A DNA stretch of 64,000 nt from assembly GCA_023213395.1 (NCBI GenBank), contig CM041465.1:215891741-215955740 (forward strand), given 5' to 3'. The notes under the pieces are model-generated. The model saw only the letters and a program-made list of their open reading frames with translations. It had not been told where the DNA came from and did no database searches. Shown piece by piece: positions 25,191-38,000 of this stretch. The DNA is from Cycas panzhihuaensis (taxonomy: Eukaryota; Plantae; Cycadophyta). Within the stretch, counting starts at the first letter, position 1; each line of letters begins with the position of its first letter. The position numbers and the translations under genes were made by a program.

Positions 25191-28100
25191 GACAAAGCAA
25201 GCTCAAGAACGTGCAAAACTGAACTAGCGGGAAACAAATAGGGAGTTGCTGTGGAGGCATCAGCATCCGTTAATTCAACTTATAATACCTCACGCACCTG
25301 CTCTAATAGAATGGTTGCAAACGGCAATATGAAAGGGCATGCCACGTCCAATCCAATACCGGATTTGCCACGTTACCCATGGTCAATGAACTGCTAGTCC
25401 TATTCAGATGGAGAATGTCTCTGAAAGCCACCTACTTGTAGGGCATGGAAAATCATACGGTTAGGCTCATCGGAGATTGGAGTTAGTAGTCAAAATACAT
25501 AAGCAGTTGCAGATTCAAGTTGAAGATTCATCGATTATGATAATTCTTTCACCCATATTCTCCTCGAGGTCACAGGATCAAAACCCTCGACCGCTTTCCC
25601 ATAAATGAAGTTGCTGGCATTACCGCCATGAGAGTTGTGGGCCAAAACGTCGTTGTGTGGATAGTGAGGTAACGCTTGATAGGGACCTGCGGGATGATGC
25701 CTGATTCCTGCTCACAGGTTGCAAGCCCAAGTTGCGGGTTTATCCCACGTGCTGCTGATGTGGGTTGACATCACTGTTCGACCTGAAGGATACAAACAAA
25801 CTGCAAAGTTGGGGGCATATGTCGTCTAAGGGATGGCACGTGAAAGCAAGTGCCCTGCTCCACTTTTCCTTTCTACTTTTATCAGTACCCAAGTAATCCT
25901 TTTGGCTGGTGCTCTTCTCCATACTTTTGTGGTGTAACTTAATGTTAATGGTAGGAGGAAGACAAAAGAATCCAAGACCTACGATTTAGCAAACTACCCT
26001 TTTTCTTCATATCATATCTCCAGCGTTTTTGTTACGTCCGATAGATGCCTTTAGTGGATTTCGCTGAGAAGTACTCTGGTTCATAACGGGAGTAAATAGA
26101 ACAGTAGCCAAAGTCCTTTAAAAATGCACTGGAGTCCACTTCTTCAAAAAATATGTCCTGGTTGTGCAGGAATCATGAAATCAGAGTTATTGTGACTCCC
26201 TATGAGTTGCCACGCAGTAATATCATAACTGGTAGGGTTTGCAACGGTTTCAGTTTCGTTTCTTTCGCTTCTAAATCTGATCGCTCTGCTCGCATCCCTT
26301 GTTTTTGTATATTGATTGAATTTCTTATTTTGATTTGTTATCCTGCAACTTTTGCTCTCGCCTTCGCTTTGGTGCTAAACAATTACAAAAGGCTTCATTC
26401 ATTATTCATTATACCAAATTATACCAAATGTATGCCACCAATACACTCGATTTGGCGGAGGAGCAATTTGATGTGACTAGGTACATGTTCTGTTAATCGC
26501 ATGGCTCCTTATACTGGACTTGCTTGTGAAATAAAATATGTTCGAAATACAACTATCGCCTATTGGTGCCACCAGACTGTAAAGTCTGCACTAGTCATAA
26601 TCAACTAACTACTTAAGGACATGTTTAACATGGTATTCTTTCTAACTTTTTGTCATTTCAATTTTCGGAGCATAACGCTTAGAATATGAGATGACAGATG
26701 AGGATTCCGTGAGTATTGAACTTGGACTGGATCTACCAGTTAAAGCCCTTGTTTTATTTAAAAAGGATACTACATTTTTACATTGTCCCAATAAAGTTGA
26801 ACCCCTTCTTAACCATTCAATACTTTTCAAATCCTTTTATGCGTAGAAATTCCTTTCATATAACAATCATAAAAATAGCATAATCCGCCGTACCAACCGT
26901 ATAACAACTAAGAAAGTAGCTGGTACAAAGTAGTGTTTTCTAAGAATTTTATTATAGTAATATGGTTGGGATCACACCTTAACTCAAACTTACTGCTTTT
27001 CGAAGAATTCACAAAATACACACATTATTTACGGTAGAGCTTTAATCCAAATGATAGAGATTCAAAATAGGATTGAATGATTCTCCCACCATACCAACTC
27101 GAGAAATTGTAGGCCACAATTTAAGTGCAAAGTTGAGAAGTTAGCATCATTTGGTGACTTAGAACTCCCAAGAAGTTTAGTAGTCATTGTAGAGCTTTTT
27201 GTAACCTTGTAGCTAGCTAGAAGAATGAAGTAGGCAACAATTCTACAAGAAGCAAAATATTTATAGTAGTATAGATTTGTGAATTCAAAACTTCAGGTTT
27301 GCTATACAAGAATATCAACTCTTTGTAGAGTATTCTCCTAGAGAATGCAATCACTAAAAGAAGCAAATTAGCTAAATCCAACCATCTCATGATTTGTCGC
27401 ATTACATTCAATACATGTTGTAGTTGGTTGAGTTTACATGCACTTGCTTATAGCTAATAATAATTTTGTTGGTGGTTCTATAATATCTAATAAATTTTCA
27501 TTATAGTTGATTCGATTCGATGCTTATCCTCATATTCAATTAATCGTTATTAGAGAAAAAGTGGCAATATTTACAATACTAAAGTTGATGTGTGAGTTAC
27601 TGTAACAATAACTTGCAAAAGACTAAATCACTATGGAATCCTCACATAGCTATGATTTCATGCATTTCATTAGAGTTTTACGTTATGCTTATTTCAGCAT
27701 ATTCATCTCATCCTTCATAGAGGAGAAAGTGACATTACATACAAATCTAGAATTAATATGTTCTCAATGGTCTTAGAAATGATTTGCATTAAACCATACC
27801 ACTAATAACTTTTCACAGTGGCATGATCTTGATTATTGTTTTACGATTCCCTTATACTTCCATAATTTGGCAATACCCCTTAAGCACTCTGTAGGGTCAT
27901 CTCTATGCAGTTTCAACTTCAAAATATATAAAGAAGCAACTGACCAAATTCTCTTACATGCAACCCACTCACCTATCAATTAGCAAATTAATGAATTTGC
28001 ATTACCTCAAGTGAGTAATGTAAACTTGATTCATCCTTACCTCCTTGTGTATAACTTTTCTAGATCCATGCATTCCATTTTTGGCATTGTGCAAGTTTTT

Positions 28101-28629
28101 AAAGTACTCCATGGATATTACCATAAGTAGGCCACCTCCTCTTTCACAATAGATGCAACATGTTTCCTACCTTTATGTTCTCTACCAAAAATACTTAATA
28201 ACATACTTACATGATTACACATAATTACACATGACCTTTTTAATTGAGGTCTCCATCAACCGAATACGTAAACACAATGTAAGACAAATGCCCATAGTCT
28301 CAATAGAGAATTTTATGATAAAACCTCCTTTTCATGGAGCAGTATTCAAAATGAATCATGAAAACTTTATGATGTCCTTGTCTTTTGACATGGTGTTACT
28401 AGATCTCTTTAAAGGTTTTGGTGAGGATTTTTGGATTTGGTTCCATCTAAGCTATTGATTATTGAGAGCATGCCTAAATAAGTTAAAATTTTTCTTAAGA
28501 ATGACACATGAAGTAGGTCATGGTTGTATCTTTGAGAAGCTATGAACAATCATTTTATCATGGATTGCCTTGTTTTGCATTCATTAGACATTAGCTTCTT
28601 TCATGTTTCTATTAGGCTTAACTTCTACC

Positions 28630-28965
28630 AACCTCATGGGGTTGAGTGGATTAGTAAGATGTGGTGATTACCAAGGAGATACTCAGGTTTAAAACCTATG
28701 GGTGCAAGTCACTTCACAGGGAAGTAGTATACCTAGCATCAGTTGTTGCAAAGAAAGTAGTCCGACTAAAGTTCGTTGAGTGTGCGTCGGCTATACAATG
28801 GCGGTATGAACTCTAAGCGTGACTAGTACAAAGGCGGTATGAACTCTAAGCGTGACTAGTACAAAGGCGGTATGAAAGTTTGGATATCAGGGGTCCCCTT
28901 TCCTTTAGAATTTTGTACCAAGGGTGATTAGAGGTTCTCTTCTAGATATCAAAAAAAAAAAAAAA
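28630..28965 (+). mobile_element. tRNA-derived SINE with poly(A) tail and ~16 bp TSD
   Basis: Flanking AGGCTTAACTTCTACC (28614-28629) and AGGCTTAGCTCCTACC (28966-28981). Degenerate A box at about 28642 and B-box-like GGTTTAAAACC at 28686-28696. A16 tail. Confidence 0.8.
28800..28876 (+). repeat. 33 bp tandem repeat (2.3 copies) inside the SINE body
   Basis: GGCGGTATGAACTCTAAGCGTGACTAGTACAAA at 28800 and 28833, partial copy at 28866. Confidence 0.95.
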
Positions 28966-30995
28966 AGGCTTAGCTCCTACCCAATTTATGTGCTATTCCA
29001 TTTTGTTAAATTTCACTATATACCACCATTGAAGTGCTAATGCCTACTGCTGTTGTTGTGTGGACATTTGTGTGTTGCATCATTCGTCATGTATGGAACA
29101 TGCATAGAAAATTACAACATGTTGCAACCATTCATCATAACACGGAGACATAAAGATGTGAGAGAATAAGAACCATTATCATTACATTATGATAGGTCGC
29201 TTTGGACCTCTTACAACTAGAGACGACCCAGAACAATACACACAGGAGTAGATTTTACACAATAGGCACATAATGGGAATAGCTACATTCTGTGTGACTA
29301 CAGATAGAATATTACATTCAAACCTGAAAGAATTGCCACCTATTTATACTTGTAATTTTGAATTAGTTGCAACTGTTCTTAATACAAACAAAAGGGGTTG
29401 CAACTCAAACGGTCATACACATCTCTCCCTTCACAAAACTTACAAGTATTTTTACTTGTAAGCCCAAAATTCAAAAAATGAGAAAACAATACATAACAAA
29501 TTAATTTTCTCTATCACTTTTGATCTCTGCACGAATTTGTTGTGGATCAGGTTTGTACACAATACAAGGTGGATTTATACCTTGTTTTTTATAATGGTCA
29601 TAGAAGATAACCACGTTGCGTAGTGCTTGCAGTTGAGTCATTGTTTGCTTCTCTTTTGAATGCAACTGTTTGATTTTCTCTTTCAATTCACATTTTCTTG
29701 TTTTCACTGACAACAGATCTTGTTGCAAGGATTTAATCATGGACTAGAAGTGATTGGCATACTCAACATCTTCTTGGGTTTGCATTATTTAGACTAGTTT
29801 TCAAATCACCTTCTACAAACCTGGTGGGATCTGTTCATTGAACCGAGCGCCGAAGGTTGATACCAGATGTTCCACATGGGAAGTATCTCTTACCTAGTGC
29901 ATAATGAATTTAATCAAGAAGTCCAATTTTGCCTCACAGACAACTAATTGGTTTTCTACTTTCTGAATTCTTTGCAAATCTGGTGGGGGCCTCTTATTTC
30001 GAACTTCCAATTCCGTCATCAAATGTCGAATGACTTTTGCCAGGAATGAAATCTTTCAATGTGCCACATTGTGTGGCTGACACTCCATTGGATCAATTCT
30101 TTCCTCTGTCAGCTCTTCATTATTGAAGTCGAAATCTACTTCGGCTAGTTGGCTGTTCAGAATTTCCTTCTTTGCTTTTTCTGTGACAATTTTTCTTTTC
30201 CTTCTTTTCTCTTCTTTAGTGTTTAAGAATTTTTTCCGATTGCTGGGCTAGCTGTTGCTCGACTGTTTTCTCTTTAATCGAAAAACTATCTACTTTCTGT
30301 TTTCCTTTTTTGATTTCTTCCCTTTTCTTTACGTCTTTCTGTTCCTCCTCTTCTTTCTTCTCAGCTGGCGAGGTCACCTCTTCCCACTGCCGTTTCCTTT
30401 CTTTCTCCTCTATTTGTGTCATCTAAGGACTGTTCTTCTGAGCCTTTAAAAAAAAAAAATTCCTAACCTTTTTTTGAAGCTTCCTATGCCAAATTTCTCC
30501 ATTATGCTTGAAATGGTTAACTTATCTAGTCATTGCCGTTTGCTTTGGTTTTCTTTCTAGTAACTTTATCTCTGGACTCAATGAATATAACAATCTTTGA
30601 AACAAACTTTGATGATAAAATATGGCCGACTAAGGTTTGGCCTTAATACTCGTCAATTTGTTTGAAAATCTTCTTATAAGAAATGTCGCCCAATTAAACT
30701 TTTTTCCCTTTGCTACTCGCAGGAGTGCTGATCTCATCTCTGTAGGTACAAATAAATTTTTTTGCCTTAATATTACTCTCATGAAGAGGAAATAAGCCAC
30801 CTAGCATACCAATTTATCCACAATGCCCACAATATGAATGCTAGATGTAGAAACATCTAAAATTTGGGCACCTAGTTGCTCTGCTGCCTGTCCCCGCAGA
30901 ATTCTTTTATTCCTAGGTACCTCTTCATCTGAATTTGGTAACCCTGAGATTTCTGCAATGGCTCTTGCTAATATATCTAAAAGATTGGGCTATTG

Positions 30996-32065
30996 AGCCA
31001 CAAGTTGAATCATATCTGTCATAAAATCTATTGCTATTGGGTATACCCCTATTTGCACAAACTAGGCAAATCTGGCATTTGTCAAAATTATTTTTCTTTC
31101 ATTTTCTTCAAACATATTCTACCATGCATACTTGATTCATTCATCATATACTTTCTGCAAATTGATTTGAGTCTGTTCGATCATGTTGCTCATTCGCAAT
31201 TTTTCACAATCTTCCTTAATTCATCTTTAACTTTGCTGCTTATGTACTTCATGACTTCGATTCATGGTTGCAATTACTTAGTTGCAACTCAAACGTACCT
31301 CATTTTCTTCTGTCCAATGCATGTTGGCCACTTGTCATCACCTTCACGCTCTGCGCTGTCTTAGTACGTGTGACTATCAGTTGTCACCGATTTTTGCCTC
31401 TTTGTCACTGTCATCATTAATGAATTTGCCTTTAGTTTTTTCTTGATTTGATGTCACCATCTTATTCTCGAAATTTCCATTTTTCTTATTACTTTTTTCA
31501 ACTGCACCTGGTTTTGCCATCATGGAGTGAAGCCACAAGTTGAATCATATCTGTCATAAAATCTATTGCTGTTGGGTATACCCCTATTTGCACAAACTAG
31601 GAAAATCTGGCATTTGTCAAAATTATTTTACTTTCATCTTCTTCAGACATATTCTACCATGCATGCTTGATTCATTCATCATATACTTTCTGTAATTTGA
31701 TTTGAGTCTGTTCGATCATGTTGCTCGTTCGCAATTTTTCACAATCTTCCCTAGTTCATCTTTAACTTTGCTGCTTATGTTCTTCATGACTTCAATTCAT
31801 GGTTGCAATTACTCAGTTGCAACTCAAATGTACCTCATTTTCTTCTGTCCAATGCATGTTGGCCACTTGTCATCACCTTCACGCTCTGCGCTGTCTTAGT
31901 ACGTGTGACTATCAGTTGTCACTGATTTCTACCTCTTCGTCGCTGCCATCATTAATGAATTTGCCTTTAGCTTTTTCTTCATTTGATGTCACCATCTTAT
32001 TCTCGAAATTTCCATTTTTCTTATTACTTTTTTCAACTGCACCTGGTTTTGCCATCATGGAGTGA
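30996..32065. repeat. 535 bp near-identical tandem duplication in the gypsy 3' region
   Basis: AGCCACAAGTTGAATCATATC starts at 30996 and 31531, and both units end CATCATGGAGTGA. Confidence 0.95.
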
Positions 32066-32379
32066 TTTGTGATGTTGACTTCTCTGCTATCTTTTATCAT
32101 TCAAGATGCAATCATTCTGTCCCCTTGATTGTAGCTAAACCTATTTCTCTACACTCAATCTGCCTCTGGTTTGTGACTTTTTTAATTCTTAACCCATTAT
32201 TCCCAGTTTTTACCTAATTTGGTTTTCTAGCTGCAATTGTTTTTGTTTCGGTTATCATCACTTTCATTAAAGTTGTAATTTTGTTCTGGATGCAATCATT
32301 TATCCTGATTGTAATCATCTTACATCCAGGTTATAGTTACTTGTTGTTCCCATTGAATCTGGATTGCCACTTCTTTCTT

Positions 32380-33325
32380 TTTGTTTGCAAGTACTTGCTT
32401 TCTGAGTTGCAATTCTTGTGTCTAGGTTCCACTGATTTATCCTGCGTCCTGGTTGCACTTGATGCATTCAGGTTACAACTTCTTGCATCCTAATTACAAC
32501 TTTGCATCTAATTATATCACTTGCGTCTAAGTTGCATTGCTTACGTTTGGGTTGCAACTGTTTGTGTCTAGGTTGCAATTTTACAACCAGGTTGCAACTT
32601 TGCGTCTAGATTGCATTGCTTGCGTCTAGGTTATAACTTTGCATCCGAGTTATAATTTTACATCTAGGTTGCATCGTTTGCGTATAGGTTAACTTTATAT
32701 CCGAGTTGTAACTTTGTATCTGAGTTGCAACTTTATGTCCAGGTTGCATTGCTCGCTCGGGTTGTAACTTTGTGTCCGAGTTACAACTTTACATCTGAAT
32801 TACAACTTTGTATCTAGATTGCATCGCTTGCGTCTAAGTTGCAATTTTGCATTTAGGTTGCAACCATTTGCATCTGAATTGCAACTTTGCGTTTAAGTTG
32901 CAATCATTTGTGTTCGAGTTACAATTTTGCATCTAGGTTGTAACTACTTGTTCAAGTTGCAATTTTGCATCAAGATTGCAACTGTTTACGTTCAAGTTGC
33001 AACTTTGCATCCAAGTTGCAACCACTTGCGTCCAAGTTGCAACTTCGTGTCTGAGTTGCAACTTTGTGTTGATGTTGCAATTATTTACTTCCAGGTTGCA
33101 ACTTTGCATCCAAGTTGTAACTGCTTGCCTCCAGATTGTAACTTTGCCTCCATGTTGCAACCGCTTGTCTCTAAGTTGCAACTTTGCGTCCAAGTTGTAA
33201 CTATTTGCATTCAGTTTGCAACTGCTTGCCTCCAAGTTGTAAATTTGTGTCCTAGTTATAACCGCTTACATCTAAGTTGTAATTTTGTGTTTAGGTTACA
33301 ACTTTAGGTTCAGGCTGCAATTGTC
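32380..33325. repeat. Minisatellite array of ~19-21 bp units built on the palindromic core GTTGCAAC
   Basis: Dozens of variants of CCAAGTTGCAACTTTGCAT between integrase and the extra 3' region. Confidence 0.92.
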
Positions 33326-35098
33326 TGCTTTCATGATTGAAGTCATAATAGAATTTATGTTTCTATGGTTCTTGTCCTCTTTTTTTCTATTTTTTATAAT
33401 TTCGCTATATACTTTTTCAGTCGATTTCCATTAACTGGTTTTTCCAGCAGTGTTCTGTCAAGTTGTTGGAGCTGCACTACTTCATTCAACCAAATTTGGT
33501 TAACTTTGTATGGACCAAGCCATCACAACTTTAATTTTCCAGGTTTAATTCAGAATTTGCTGTCATAAAGAAGAACAAGGTCTCCTTCTTGGAATTGTGG
33601 AACTTTGAGGTGTCGATCATGTCATGCATTTCTTCTCATTTTCTCTGCTTTCAGTTCCTACCAAACTCTTGCCTGTTTTTCGTCTAGCTTCATTAAATCT
33701 ACGTATCGTTGGCCATGTAAATCATTCTCTGACAACCGTAATTTAGATGCCACTCTCAAATTTTTTGTCTGGAATTCCAGAGGAAGTATGACTTCTAATC
33801 CATAAATCAACTGGAATGGAGTTGGCTTATGAGGCCGCTTAATCATTGTTCTATTAGCCCATAAAGCTGAATGGAGTCGCTCTGCCCAATCCGTTCGCCC
33901 TTGATTGTAGATTTTGGATAATACTAGCTTTAGAATTTTATTGGTACTTTCCACCTGCCCTTTGCCTGAGGATAACATGGGGAAGACTTTGAATGTTGAA
34001 TAAAAAATTCTTGTGTCAGGTGCTTTATCGTTTCGTTAAAGAATCTGCTTCCTTGATCCGAGATGATTTTTAACTGGCAACCAAACCGAATAATTATCAT
34101 TTCGTATAAAAATCAGACTGTACTTTGAGCATTGCACATTCTCATGGCCTTGGCTTCGGTCCGCTTTGTCAAAAAATTGGTGGCGACTAGAATGTATCTC
34201 ACATTTGTATGCCGAGCTGGTGGGCTGATAGGTCCAATAAAATCTAGTCCCCATTTTTTAAATGGGGCTTGAGCCAATATAGGACACAAAGGTATGAAAT
34301 GATTTTTTGTCGACCTCCCCACTTGTTGGCATATATCATAGAGCCGTACCCTTTTTGTACATCTTCAAAGATTATAGGCCATTAGAGTCATACTAGTAAG
34401 ATTTTTTTATTTGTTGATTCCGTAACTTGGTGTTTTGTTGCGACTCCTTCTTGGGCTTCTCTGATGATAGCTTCCACTTCATGTTCCATTATGCATCTCC
34501 TTAAGATTTGATCAGGTCCCATCCTATACAACATTCTTTGAATTAGTTGGAAAGGAAAAGTTTTCTTGATGAAGCTTTGTCATTCAATACATTCTATCCC
34601 CAACGGTGTTTGTCTTGTTGATAGGAATCATGCTATATCCTCGGACCATTTAGGTACTGCTTGGATGGCAAATAATTTTACATCTGGAAAATTGTCCTGG
34701 ATTCTTGTTGCTGGTTTCCTGTCCACTTCCATCGATAGTATATCTAGAATTGTATGCTTGGCTCCTTTCTTAACAATAATTTTGAAATTGAATTCCTGGA
34801 ACAGCATGAGCCACCTACTAATTCTCCCCTGAACTATAGGGTTGTTAATTAGGTATTGAAGCGCCTGATGATCTACAAAAAAAAACAAATAGATTAGCCA
34901 ATAAATAGTGTCTGAACTTCTGGAGAGCAAACACCATGACCAACCCTTCTCGTTCTGTGATTGAGTAATTCTTTTCAGTCTTTGTTAATGTTCTGCTTGC
35001 GAAATGAATTGGCAGATCGATTTTGTCGTCTTTTAGCTGTGTTAATACACATACCTAATCACAAACAGAGAAGAATCTACATGTACATGGAAAGGTTT

Positions 35099-38000
35099 TG
35101 TAGAAGGTAATGTTTTATCTAGGGTAATAACTTATGTTTAAAGTATTTTGTGAGGGTCACACATCATTAGCCCCTTTCACTCTTAGGGTGACAAGTGGCA
35201 CAATCTTGTTGAGCGGTTGCCAATTGTCCCGTTCATTTCAACTGTATATATAGACATGTAATTGATCAATAAAGATACAAAGAGAATTCATCTATCATCA
35301 TTGTTGATCTTTTCATGGTATCAACGCAGGTTATTGGGTCTTCTTGCCTATGAAAGAGTCAAGCTAGGATTTCAAAAGAAGAAGAAGAATTGAATCAAGT
35401 ATGTTGTCAAAAACATTATCATCAGAGTACGGATCAGAGAACAAACCAGAATCATACAAAATTGCATGGTCGTACAGATTTGTACGGGAGTGTACGAATG
35501 CCAAAAATCAAAGTGTCCAGAATTCGATGAAACTTATCCAAATTATAGATTGGAGCCTCCTCAACAATTTTTCCTTGTGGACTGACATTATTTGAAGCTG
35601 TCTTGAAGCATTTTCGAGTAGTTTTATGGGCGCGCGGGTTTGAGGCATTTTTTCACATTTTTTCTTCAAATATTCAGAATAAAACATAGGTATAAATCCT
35701 TTGAATCTCTTCTCATCTTAGAGCAAAAGATTTAAGTATGTGTTTTTAAGACTTTATCTTATTTTTCGAAGGTTTTTCTCAATTTTTTCAAAAAACCCTA
35801 GGGCACGAGTTTGGACCTATTTTCAGTCTTTTCTCTTAGATCAGAAAGAGTATCAAGAAACTAACACCAGATATGGATACCCATTTGTGAGTTCTTTCAT
35901 TTGAGACCCTTTCTTTTCTCCAATTGTACATTTTGAGGGCCGTACAGAAATCCGTATCGTAGGTCGTACAATAGTCTGTACAGCCATATAGTACCATTTC
36001 TAGCCCTTAAAAACTAGATTTGAAACAACCATGGCCTCCTTTGCTGGATCACTGCCTGAAAGTGATAAATTAACTGAGATGAACTTCAGTATCTAGAAGG
36101 TTAAAATAGAGGGTCTTTTAAGGGCAAAACATGCCTGGAAAACCATTATTGAAGATGAGAAACAACCTTATGATGTTGTAGATTTAATAAACTGAGAAGA
36201 AAGGAATAATGCTACTGTATTCGTACTTAAACTCTCAATCTATAATTCATTGTTAGTATATGTGGATAGTGTAGAAAATGCAAGTGAAATCTGGAAAATA
36301 ATGTCTTCCATGTTTAGTAGAAAGAATGAAGCCGGAATTGTGCCCCTAAGAGAAGAATTTTATAAACTTAAAATGAAGGAAGGTCAAATTGTATATGATT
36401 TCATAATCAAATTAACTAATATTAAAACTGCTCTTCTTATAGTAGGAGACAAACTGGATGACACTGAATTAATACATCTTGTGTTCAACAAATTATCAAA
36501 ATCTTTTGATAACATGGTAAATATTTTGATAGGAGGAGGGCAAACTGCTATTATGACCTTTGATGTTCTTACAAGTCATATATTCAGCTAAGAGCAGAGG
36601 AATCAAAGATATGAAGAAGACTCAGAAGTCGAAGAAGCACTTATCATCAAGCTTCATCTGGGAGGCAGAGGATAAGGGCAATATAGTTCTAGAATACGAG
36701 GAAGAGCAACAAATGCTTATAGAGGACGTTGGACTAAAGGAAGGGGACGAGGAAGAACGATTATAAATCTACCACAAGATGCTAGGGTATGTTTCAATTA
36801 TGACAAACTGGGCCATTTTTCGAGCAATCAGAGCTTTCATGTCATATCATTACGCATAAACAAAGTCATTTTCCATACTAGTGTCATCAAAGATGATCTG
36901 AAATTCAAAAAGGAAAGCAATAGGTGATTGGAAACTACAACAGAGAACGAGACACAATAGAAGAAGATGTTGAAACAACTTTTGTTGTAGAAAAATTTCT
37001 TATTTGATTTACACTTGATCGTCATATTTTGAGTTAGATATGACGAAAGTTATATGTTGATTCAAGGGCTTCACATCATATGACAAACATTGAAGAATGG
37101 TTTGAAGTCATCAAACCATATGATCTCAATAAATCTATAGAGTTAGGAGATGATTTTCTTTGCATGTAAAAGGAATAGGTTAAATTGCCATAAAAATTGA
37201 TGGAAAAATTCAATGTATAGGGAATGCTTTTTTTGTACCAGGGATAAAGAAAAATCTTTTGTCAGTATCTCAGTTGAGTAGAAAAAGACTGAGAATAGTA
37301 TTTGATGAAAATGGTCATTGCTACATTTTTAATATGAAAAAGATTGGTACTGTGATAGCCAGAGGAGAAAAGTGTAATAGGCTGTATAAATTTATTTTCC
37401 CTCCTGTATTACCTGATAAAGGCCCTACAAAATCCTCTTATGAGATAAATTCACTTACTGTAACCAGCATTGATACTAATGAAATGTGGCATTTGAAGTA
37501 TGGCCATATTTCCCATGATAGGTTAGAAAAACTAAAGAAATCTAAGATGGTGAATGGCTTGCCAGATATTTCATTCAATTCTTTTGTATGCAAAGGCTGT
37601 ATGATGGAGAGATAGCACAGGATTCCATTTTCAAAAAGCACATGGCATGCACAAGATAAGCCAAATCTAGTACATTTGATCTGTGTGGCCTATTCAAGCC
37701 AATTTCAACAAATAGAGCAAGGTATTTCTTAACTTTCATTGATGATTTCTCTAGAAAAACATGGGTATATTTCTTGTCTAGTAAATCAGAAGCGTTCAGT
37801 TATTTCAAAGAATTCAAGGCTGAAGCAGAACTGGAGAGTAGTAAAAAAATTAAATGTATTCGTTTAGACGGAGGAGGAGAATTTGTCTCCAATGGATTTA
37901 TTTATTTATGTAAAATACATAGAATCTGCAGATAAATTACAACTCCATATACACCTCAGTCAAATGGGGTCGCAAAATGATGAATAGAACAATTGTAGAA

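Noticed and set aside
28230-28610. Possible PIF/Harbinger transposase fragment (FKMNHENF.., VKIFL)
   Set aside because: The resemblance is too weak, with no catalytic motifs or TIRs identified.
28800-28876. 33 bp direct repeats resembling a CRISPR array
   Set aside because: The repeats are head-to-tail with no spacers, lie inside a SINE in eukaryotic DNA, and no cas genes are present.
32927-33307. Cys/Gln-rich repetitive ORFs on both strands
   Set aside because: They are translation artefacts of the GTTGCAAC minisatellite.
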